A stretch of 64,000 nt of DNA, taken from the NCBI GenBank assembly GCA_963666565.1, contig OY762911.1:1-64000 (forward strand). Direction: 5' to 3'. The stretch's first letter is position 1. Every line of letters starts with the position of its first letter. The stretch comes from Thermoanaerobaculia bacterium (GTDB lineage Bacteria > Acidobacteriota > Thermoanaerobaculia > Multivoradales > Multivoraceae). Shown in pieces: positions 57,033 through 64,000 of the stretch. The translations under genes were made by a program, and so were the position numbers. The notes under the pieces are model-generated. The model did not search any database and was not told the origin of the DNA. It was given only the letters and a program-made list of their open reading frames with translations.

Positions 57033-57313
57033 TCCTCGCTCCTCTCCCTCAGGTACTTCTTCGTCGCTTTCCGGCTTGGGATGATCGTCTTCAGGAAGAA
57101 GTCGCCTCCTTCGGTCTGGACGTAGGGAACCAGGGAGGCGTACCTGCTCACCTCGATCACGGCGATCCGCTGGTGAGACCGTTCTGGACTCGGATGGTCG
57201 AGGACATCAACCAGAGCACCCGATTCGATCAGCGTTGCAACCTCCTCGAAGCTGACCCCGCGCTCGGCGATCAGGCGTCTGTTCTTCGCAGGATCCCATA
57301 GGCAACGGCTCAT
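57029..57313 (-). CDS. BrnT-like toxin
   Basis: WDPAKN..L..ERGVSFEEV, HP...HQ, LVPYV and FLKTIIPSRKATKKYL; ATGA overlap with the antitoxin. Confidence 0.88.
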   Translation of the reverse strand: MSRCLWDPAKNRRLIAERGVSFEEVATLIESGALVDVLDHPSPERSHQRIAVIEVSRYASLVPYVQTEGGDFFLKTIIPSRKATKKYLRERSEE

Positions 57314-57364
57314 ACCAATCGGCGCTCATTGTCGCCCATTGTGTGCCGATCGTCAACTCGCCCG

Positions 57365-58597
57365 TCAACCGAGCGGGAAGAGTCGGCGTCGCACCACGAG
57401 ACGTCCGGGCTTGCGGAACTCGTGGCCGTAGGGCGGTAGCGAAGAGGCTCGATCGAGTTCGACGCCGGGCCACCGCTTGAGCAGGGTCCGCAGCGCGGAG
57501 CGGGTTTCGGCGCGGGCGAGTTGGGCGCCCAGGCAGAAGTGGTTGCCGAGGCCGAAGGCCAGGTGCTTGCGGACGTTGGTCCGGCCCGGCTTGAAGCGCT
57601 CGGGGTCTTCGAACACCACCGGGTCCCGGTTGGCGCCGCCGACCATGCACTGCACGGTCTCGCCGGCGGCGATCTCCGCGCCGCCCATGCGGACCGCCGT
57701 CGTCGTGTGCCGGGTGAGCGTCTGCACCGCCGGGTCGTAGCGCAGCGACTCCTCCATCACGTCCTCGACCGCGGCCAGGAAGGCCGCTTCCCCCTCGTTT
57801 CGGGAATCGAGCACGGCCTCCACGAGCCCCGGCTCGTTCAGCAGGTAGTGGAGAGCGTTGCCGATCATCGACTCCGTCGTCTCGATGCCGCCGAAGAGGA
57901 CGATCAGGAGATTCGCCAGCGTCTCGGAGCGGGGGAGCGTTCCGCTTGGCCCGGAGAGGACTTCGATCAGCGTGCCGCCATCCGCCCCACCGGCCGGCTG
58001 GTGCCCGTCCAGCTTCTCCGCCAGGTACTCGCGCATCGCGGCCGCGGCCTCCTGGCCGGCGCGATGAAGCTCGGCGTCTCCCTCGAAGTTCGCCAGCGAC
58101 CGGGCGAACACCTCGTACCAGGCGCGCACCCGCGGCAGGTCGCCGGACGGCAGGCCGACCACGATCCCCATCGTCTCCAGGGCGATCGGCGCGGCGTAGT
58201 CCGCCATCAGGTCGACCTCGACCGCCCCACCGGCGGCCGCCCGTTCGGCGGCCTCGAGGAGTTCCGCGCAGAGCCGGTCGACCCGCGGCTGCCAGACCTC
58301 CCGCGACGCCTTGCCGGCGAAGGGAGCGAGGCACGCCTGCTTGTGACGCTTCTGTTCCTCGCCCTCGACCGACAGCATCTGGCGGCCGAAGGTGGCCTGG
58401 ATGAGGGACTTCGGCGAGTCGTTGGTGAAGATCTCGGGATTGCGGAGCACGGACACCGCGTCGTCATAACCGGCGACCACCCACATGCCCAGGTTCGGCG
58501 CCCACACCGCGGCGCCCTCCGACCGCAGCTCCGCCAGGTGCGGATAGGGATCGACCGCCAGGTCCTCGAGCCGGAGCGAAGCGGCGACGGCGGACAC
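57365..58597 (-). CDS. Cytochrome P450
   Basis: DPYP, GGIETT I-helix, EESLRY (ExxR), ANRDP and HLAFGLGNHFCLG heme motif. Confidence 0.93.
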   Translation of the reverse strand: MSAVAASLRLEDLAVDPYPHLAELRSEGAAVWAPNLGMWVVAGYDDAVSVLRNPEIFTNDSPKSLIQATFGRQMLSVEGEEQKRHKQACLAPFAGKASREVWQPRVDRLCAELLEAAERAAAGGAVEVDLMADYAAPIALETMGIVVGLPSGDLPRVRAWYEVFARSLANFEGDAELHRAGQEAAAAMREYLAEKLDGHQPAGGADGGTLIEVLSGPSGTLPRSETLANLLIVLFGGIETTESMIGNALHYLLNEPGLVEAVLDSRNEGEAAFLAAVEDVMEESLRYDPAVQTLTRHTTTAVRMGGAEIAAGETVQCMVGGANRDPVVFEDPERFKPGRTNVRKHLAFGLGNHFCLGAQLARAETRSALRTLLKRWPGVELDRASSLPPYGHEFRKPGRLVVRRRLFPLG

Positions 58598-58617
58598 TGG
58601 CGCTCGGCTCTGCCCGG

Positions 58618-61059
58618 TCACGGCTGCGGGAGGCTGTAGCCGGAGGGTGGCTCCGCTCCGAGCAGGTGCCTGACGAAGTAGTCCCAGCGCCGGCGAATGA
58701 AGTACGGCTCCTGGGTATAGAAGTGATCGCGATTCGGCAGGAGCAGCAGGTCGAAGTCCCGGTTGGCGTCGATCAGCGCGTCGATCAGGGTGACCGTCGA
58801 GGCCGGCAGGCTGTTCTCGTCGTGCTCGCCGTAGACGATCAGCAGCTTGCCCTGGAGTCTCGACGCGAGCGCCGCGTGCGGGGTGAGATTGACCGGCCGG
58901 GCGGCGGCGTCCGGCGCGAACCGGCCGCCGTCCTCGTACTCCGGCCAGCCCGTCCACTTGACGAACGGCGGATAGAGGTAGCGGTAGTCGTACGGCCCCG
59001 CGGACGACACGGCGACCTTGTAGACGTCCGGGTAGCGGAGCATGGCGAGCGCCGAGGAGTAGCCGCCCCAGGAGTGGCCGGTGATGCCGATCCGCTCCAT
59101 GTCGAGCCACGCGAAACGCTCGCCGAGCTGCTCGAGCGCGGCGACGTGATCCTCGAGCGCGAACTCGTCGTGCTTCTTCCACATGACGTCGTGGAACGCC
59201 TTGGAGCGCCAGGGCGTGCCCCTCGCGTCGATCGTGACGACGGCGAACCCGAGGGCGGTGAAGGTCGAGATGTCGCCCTGCCCTCCGATCCGTTCGACCC
59301 CCGCCGCACTGGCGAAGCTGCGTGGGACGACGTTGGTTTGCGGCCCGCCGTAGATGTGCTCGATCACCGGGTACTTCCGGTCTTCCTCGAAGCTCTTCGG
59401 CCGCCAGAGCACGCCGTACAGGTCCGTCTCGCCGTCCGCCGCCTTGACCGAGAAGGGCAGCGGCGGCTTGTAGCCTCGGGCGAAGAGCTCGCCGGCGTCG
59501 GCCCGCTCCAGGGTTGCTACGACCGAGCCGTCGCTCCGGCGAAGCCGCGACACGGGAGGACTGTCGAGGGTCGACGAGTTCGAGACGAAGTAGCGTCCGC
59601 TCGGCGCGAACGTCGAGGCGGCGCCGATCAGGGCCGGGGCGGCGACGGTGACCGCGTGATCGGCCGGCTCGGGGGTCAGGAGCTCGACCTCGGCGTCGCC
59701 CTCGAGCGGCACCCGGTAGACATGCCGCCAGTACGGGTTCCGCCCCGGCTCGCGCCCGCCGGCCGTGAAGTAGACAAAGCCGCCGCCTTCGCTCTCGACG
59801 ACGGCCACGATGTCGTGGACCACCCATTCGCCGCGCGTGAGTTGCCGGACATCGCCGCCGCCTTCCAGGTCCACCACGTAGAGATGTCCCCAGCCGTCCC
59901 GCTGCGAGAAGGTGATCGCCTGCCCGCCGCCCGCCAGCACGCGGACGTTGGCGCCCATCGACCGGTAGAGGCTGTGATTCAGGTCGAGGAAAGAGCCCGC
60001 CTCCTCCTCGAAGACGGTCGCGGTGCGCCCGGAGGCGAGCTCGTACCGGACCAGATCGAAGCGGCTCGCGTCGGGAGCGAGGCAGAGGAAGAAGATCCGG
60101 CGCGAGTCGGGCGTCCAGATCGCCTGCGGCGGCGTGGCGCCCAGCTCTCCGAAACAGTCGTCGGGAAGCGGCACTTGGCGGCTCGCACCGCTGGCGACAT
60201 CGAAGACGAACATCGGGAACCGCGGGATCTCCCGGTCGCCGATCAGGGCGACCCGTTTCTCCAGCGTCCGCGGCCGGGCGCTGCCGTCGGCCGGCAGCAG
60301 GTCCAGGTAGGGGTACGCGCCGACCTTCCTCTCGTCCGTCCGGGAAATGAGCAGCTTCGCCGAGTCAGGCGACCACGAGGCGCCGGTCAACGGTCCTTCG
60401 AGGCCCTGCCGCAGAAGCTGGAGCTTCGCGCTCCAGCCCGGCAGCGCGCCGTAGCCGAAGTGCTCCTTGCCGTCCTGCGAGAGCCGCCGCTCGGCGCCGT
60501 CGTCCAGGTCGCGCAGCCAGACGTCGTGGCTTCGGGCGAAGGCGGCAACGGACCGGTCCGGCGCCGGGAGTTGAAGCGGATCGGTGACGAAGCCCGGCAG
60601 GGCCTCGCAGGTGTAGGTTTCCAGGTCGCAGCGGGCGGCCGAGGTCGCGGTCCGGACCACCGCGCCGCCCGCGCCACCGTCGAGTGCGAAGTCGAGGGAA
60701 ACGACGCCGAGGTCCAGCGGATCGTGCGCGATGTCGGTCGCCTCCGACAGCGCCTCGGCCAGGCGCTCCTGGTCGAATGCCGGGCGCTTCCCGCCCGTGG
60801 CGCCGTCGACGATCACGATCTCGGTGCCCCGGTCCGTGTCGCGCTCGTACCAGAACTCGTCGCGGTCGCCGATCCAGTGGGGGACGACTTCGACGTTCCT
60901 GACCGTGCCCTGGACGTTCCGGGAGAGCAGGCTGGCGGCTTGGTCGTAGGCGGCTCGGGTCACCCGATCCGGAGCGTGGGGCTCCTGTGCCGCGGCTGCG
61001 GGCGGAGCGGCCAGAAGAGGCAGCGCCCACATCAAGGTCGCCGCTGCGCGGCGTGTCAT
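58618..61059 (-). CDS. S9 family (DPP IV-like) peptidase
   Basis: Signal peptide, WSPDS, RDGWGHLY, YPVIEHIYGGP, GHSWGG, DEN and RDH. Confidence 0.92.
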   Translation of the reverse strand: MTRRAAATLMWALPLLAAPPAAAAQEPHAPDRVTRAAYDQAASLLSRNVQGTVRNVEVVPHWIGDRDEFWYERDTDRGTEIVIVDGATGGKRPAFDQERLAEALSEATDIAHDPLDLGVVSLDFALDGGAGGAVVRTATSAARCDLETYTCEALPGFVTDPLQLPAPDRSVAAFARSHDVWLRDLDDGAERRLSQDGKEHFGYGALPGWSAKLQLLRQGLEGPLTGASWSPDSAKLLISRTDERKVGAYPYLDLLPADGSARPRTLEKRVALIGDREIPRFPMFVFDVASGASRQVPLPDDCFGELGATPPQAIWTPDSRRIFFLCLAPDASRFDLVRYELASGRTATVFEEEAGSFLDLNHSLYRSMGANVRVLAGGGQAITFSQRDGWGHLYVVDLEGGGDVRQLTRGEWVVHDIVAVVESEGGGFVYFTAGGREPGRNPYWRHVYRVPLEGDAEVELLTPEPADHAVTVAAPALIGAASTFAPSGRYFVSNSSTLDSPPVSRLRRSDGSVVATLERADAGELFARGYKPPLPFSVKAADGETDLYGVLWRPKSFEEDRKYPVIEHIYGGPQTNVVPRSFASAAGVERIGGQGDISTFTALGFAVVTIDARGTPWRSKAFHDVMWKKHDEFALEDHVAALEQLGERFAWLDMERIGITGHSWGGYSSALAMLRYPDVYKVAVSSAGPYDYRYLYPPFVKWTGWPEYEDGGRFAPDAAARPVNLTPHAALASRLQGKLLIVYGEHDENSLPASTVTLIDALIDANRDFDLLLLPNRDHFYTQEPYFIRRRWDYFVRHLLGAEPPSGYSLPQP

Positions 61060-61062
61060 TTC

Positions 61063-61171
61063 CGGAAGCCGGCGGGAACCCGGGTGGCGCGATCCCGCGC
61101 CACCCGTGACCCGGTCCGTGCGCCCGTCAGCGGGCGCACGGACGACACGCCGACGCACCCAGTGTGTGACG
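61063..61171 (-). repeat. 109-nt structured REP-derived element, copy B
   Basis: Reverse-complement homolog of 3491-3599 with a compensatory stem substitution. Confidence 0.8.
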
Positions 61172-61190
61172 CTCAACTTGCCGGCCACGA

Positions 61191-62651
61191 TCAGCCGCTA
61201 CGGCGCATCGCGAAGACGCCATTCAGGTAGTGCGTGGCGCGGCCGTTGCCGTCGTCTCCCCAGAACGCCACGTCCCAGCCGCGGTTGCCGCCCATCGCCG
61301 GGTCGCGCGGCAGGAACCGGTCGCTTCCGAGCGGAATCAGCTCCGACTTGAGCACGCCGCCGCCCAGCGACCGCGCCATCAGCCGGTCGCCGTCGGCGAA
61401 GAACGAGAAGCGACTGCCCACCGCCTCGAACTGCCCGACGTAGCGCTCGAGGTCGACCTTCACCGGCGTCACGGAGTCCGGCGTGGGGGTTTCCGGCTTG
61501 TCGATGCCGAAGACCTCCGGGAAGAGGGTGTCGAAGACCCGGTCGGCGAGCGGGTAACCCTGGCTCGGCACGTTCGAGATCGTCGCCGCGGCGACGCCCT
61601 TGCTCGGGCACCAGAGCAGCAGGGACGAGCCGCCGCTGTTCGTGCCGCTGTGGCCGTAGATCACCTCACCGCCCCAGCGCTTCCAGTAGGGCCCGGGGCA
61701 CCACTTCTGGGCGATGACCCGGGCCGGCATGTCGATCTCGGGCGTGTGCATCGCCTCGACGGCCTCCCCGGAGAGCACCTGCCGGCCCTCGGCCGACTGT
61801 CCACCGCGCAGGAACAGGGCCGCGAACCGCACCAGGTCGCCGGCGCTGCAGCACAGGGTCGCACCCGCCGGCGCCATGCTGCGCGGCAGACCCCAGAACG
61901 GCACCCGCCGGCCTTCGGGAGTGGCCGGCGTCTGCGAGTAGCCGAGGGCCACCGGATGGTAGAGCAGGTCCTCCGGGAAGTTCGCGGAGTGCTCGAGCCC
62001 GAGCGGCTCGAGGATCCGTTCGGCGAGCAGGGTCTCCCAGTTCTTCCCCATCACCCGCTGGGCCGCGAGCCCGGCTACGCAGGTGCCCGCGTTCGAGTAG
62101 CCATACGCCGTGCCGGGCTCGAAGATCCCGGGAATCCCGGCAAGTGAAGCGACGTACCGGCCGAGGGCGTCGTCGCCGCGCCCATGATCCGTGTACGGTC
62201 CGTTGTCGAGTCCCGACGACATCGAGAGCAGTTGACGGAGCGTCATGTCCACCGGCGGCTGGTCGCTCGTCAGTGGCGCGCCGTCGAGGTAGCTCCCGAC
62301 GGGTTCGTCGAGGTCGAGCGTTCCCTCATCGACCAGCGCCAACACCACGGCGGCGTTGAAGACCTTCGTCGTCGATCCGATCTGGAACAGCGTGTCGGGC
62401 GCGACCGCCAGGTCGCGTTCACGGACCGCGAGGCCGGTCGCGACCTCGTGGACCGCCTCGCCGTCGAACACCGCGAGCTGGGCGCCGACGATGCCGAGGC
62501 TGCGAGCGGACTCGTCGAGGAGCTGCTGGAGGACGGCCGGGTCGACCGCGACCTCCGGCGCGGCCGCGACCAGTCCGAAACCCCGCGCCTGCGAGACGAT
62601 CGGCATTGCCGCGACGGCCGCGCCGGCTTTCAGGAAAGAGCGTCGGTTCAT
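61191..62651 (-). CDS. Tat-exported serine hydrolase (beta-lactamase-like)
   Basis: RRSFLK Tat motif, FQIGSTTK (SxxK), YSN and GHSG. Confidence 0.9.
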   Translation of the reverse strand: MNRRSFLKAGAAVAAMPIVSQARGFGLVAAAPEVAVDPAVLQQLLDESARSLGIVGAQLAVFDGEAVHEVATGLAVRERDLAVAPDTLFQIGSTTKVFNAAVVLALVDEGTLDLDEPVGSYLDGAPLTSDQPPVDMTLRQLLSMSSGLDNGPYTDHGRGDDALGRYVASLAGIPGIFEPGTAYGYSNAGTCVAGLAAQRVMGKNWETLLAERILEPLGLEHSANFPEDLLYHPVALGYSQTPATPEGRRVPFWGLPRSMAPAGATLCCSAGDLVRFAALFLRGGQSAEGRQVLSGEAVEAMHTPEIDMPARVIAQKWCPGPYWKRWGGEVIYGHSGTNSGGSSLLLWCPSKGVAAATISNVPSQGYPLADRVFDTLFPEVFGIDKPETPTPDSVTPVKVDLERYVGQFEAVGSRFSFFADGDRLMARSLGGGVLKSELIPLGSDRFLPRDPAMGGNRGWDVAFWGDDGNGRATHYLNGVFAMRRSG

Positions 62652-62655
62652 CGGG

Positions 62656-63405
62656 TCAACCCCTGCCCATGAAAGGCATCTGGTTCGCCATCACCGTCAG
62701 GAAAGGCACGTTCGCGTCGAGCAAAAGCGCCGCCATGTAGCGCACCGCGTCGACGACGGCGCGCACGTCGATCGTGGGTTCCGGCTTCGTGGAGCCGTCG
62801 GGCTGGGCCGCGCCCTCGGACATCCGGGCGGTCATTCGCGTCAGGGCGTTGCCGATGTCGATCTGTCCGCAGGCGATGTTGAATCTCCGGCCGTCCAGCG
62901 AGGTCGACCGCGTGAGCCCGGTGATCGCGTGCTTCGTCGCGGTGTAGGGGGCGGAGTTGGGGCGCGGCACGTGTGCCGAGATGGAACCGTTGTTGATGAT
63001 GCGTCCGCCCTGGGGGTCCTGTTCCTTCATCAGCCTGACGGCCCGTTGCGTGCAGAGAAAGGCGCCGGTCAGGTTGACCCCGACCACCCGGTTCCACTGT
63101 TCGAGCGTCAGGTCTTCGATCGGCACGGGCGGCGCGCCGGTGCCGGCGTTGTTGAACAGCAGGTCCAGTCGGCCGAACGCGCTCGCCAGGCGGTCGAACA
63201 CCGCCTGGACGCCCTCCACGGTGCCGATGTCCGCGGCTACTGTCGAGACCGTCCCGGGATCACGCGCGCCGCTCTTCGTTTCGACCAGCCGATCTTCACG
63301 GCGGCCCGCGATGAGCACGTGGTAGCCGTCCTCGACCAATCCGTGCGTGACGGCCCGCCCGATTCCGCTGCCGCCGCCGGTGACGATCGCGACTTTCTCC
63401 GCCAA
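62656..63405 (-). CDS. SDR oxidoreductase
   Basis: [19 protein letters not shown] and YTATK. Confidence 0.92.
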   Translation of the reverse strand: MAEKVAIVTGGGSGIGRAVTHGLVEDGYHVLIAGRREDRLVETKSGARDPGTVSTVAADIGTVEGVQAVFDRLASAFGRLDLLFNNAGTGAPPVPIEDLTLEQWNRVVGVNLTGAFLCTQRAVRLMKEQDPQGGRIINNGSISAHVPRPNSAPYTATKHAITGLTRSTSLDGRRFNIACGQIDIGNALTRMTARMSEGAAQPDGSTKPEPTIDVRAVVDAVRYMAALLLDANVPFLTVMANQMPFMGRG

Positions 63406-63541
63406 GCCCGTGCTCCCCGTTCCGCGAACGCAGCATACTACGCTCGGTCAGAGGAGAGGACGACGGTCAGGCGTCGCCCGTTGTAGGCTGGCTCGACGCC
63501 GCCTCGCCCGAACTGGTCATCGACCTTTAGAAACGAAAACA

Positions 63542-64000
63542 ATGTTACCCCCCCCCCCCCCCGGAAAACTCCAAATCCCAAAAGTCTGCCGCCATTCTCG
63601 GCGGTCTGGTGGGCGCGCTCGTCAATGAGGACCTTGTCGGCCTGATCTGTCTCGACCGCCGAGGCTGCATCGTCGAAGCGAACGAGCGCGGGCGGGAGGT
63701 ACTGCGCCAGGAGGGCGGATTGCGAGCCTCCCTGGCCAACGACGCCAGAGGGCGACTCACTTCCCACCTGCCCGAGGAAGCCGAGGCCATCGAGCGTCTG
63801 CTCGAAGCCGCGCTCGGCCGGCACGCCCGCGGGAGACCGGGCGCATCGCTGGTCCTCGGCGAGTCGGACAACCGGCCGAGCCTGGCGCTTCACTGCCACG
63901 CGGTAATCGGCGGTCCGCACGGTGCCTCCGGCGTTGGCGCCATCATGGCGATCGTCCCGGTCCGGCTTCCGGTGAGCGCCGTGGCAGTCCGCCGGGCGCT
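63542..64000 (+). CDS. PAS-like/LuxR-type regulator N-terminal part, out of frame across a C15 tract; runs off the window
   Basis: Open frame 63561-64000 reads ...GLICLDRRGCIVEANERGREVL...; ATG 63542 joins it only if the C tract is C14 or C17; no HTH visible in the window. Confidence 0.5.

Noticed and set aside
5611-57313. Three TA pairs as one mobile element
   Set aside because: They are dispersed among metabolic genes with no transposase, integrase or shared boundaries

Overview
GC-rich bacterial chromosomal window with a gene repertoire typical of Acidobacteriota, possibly a sponge or marine lineage (inferred from gene content only). Most genes are exported catabolic enzymes (2 PQQ dehydrogenases, 2 sulfatases, 2 serine hydrolases, CocE/NonD, S9 peptidase, PhoD-like, PVC-type heme protein), plus a P450, SDRs and transporters. 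Accessory content: three type II TA pairs, an orphan HTH antitoxin-like gene, a decayed SNF2 helicase, a frameshifted Uma2-like gene and a defence locus with two tandem McrB GTPases and one McrC. Main findings: (1) a duplicated metal-uptake cassette in which a CxxC...RGPP leader protein (DUF2946/CruR-like, probable ribosome-arrest peptide) precedes a His/Asp-loop ZnuD-like TonB receptor, with a 9-bp pairing between the leader stop codon and the receptor translation-start region present in both copies; (2) five 72-nt repeats built from the split T-arm of the adjacent tRNA-Glu; (3) mcrB-mcrB-mcrC with a visible duplication scar; (4) a C15 tract that puts a PAS/LuxR-like regulator out of frame; (5) a modular REP/REPIN family, including a covarying 109-nt structured variant. 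All family assignments come from motif recognition by eye; no database searches were run.
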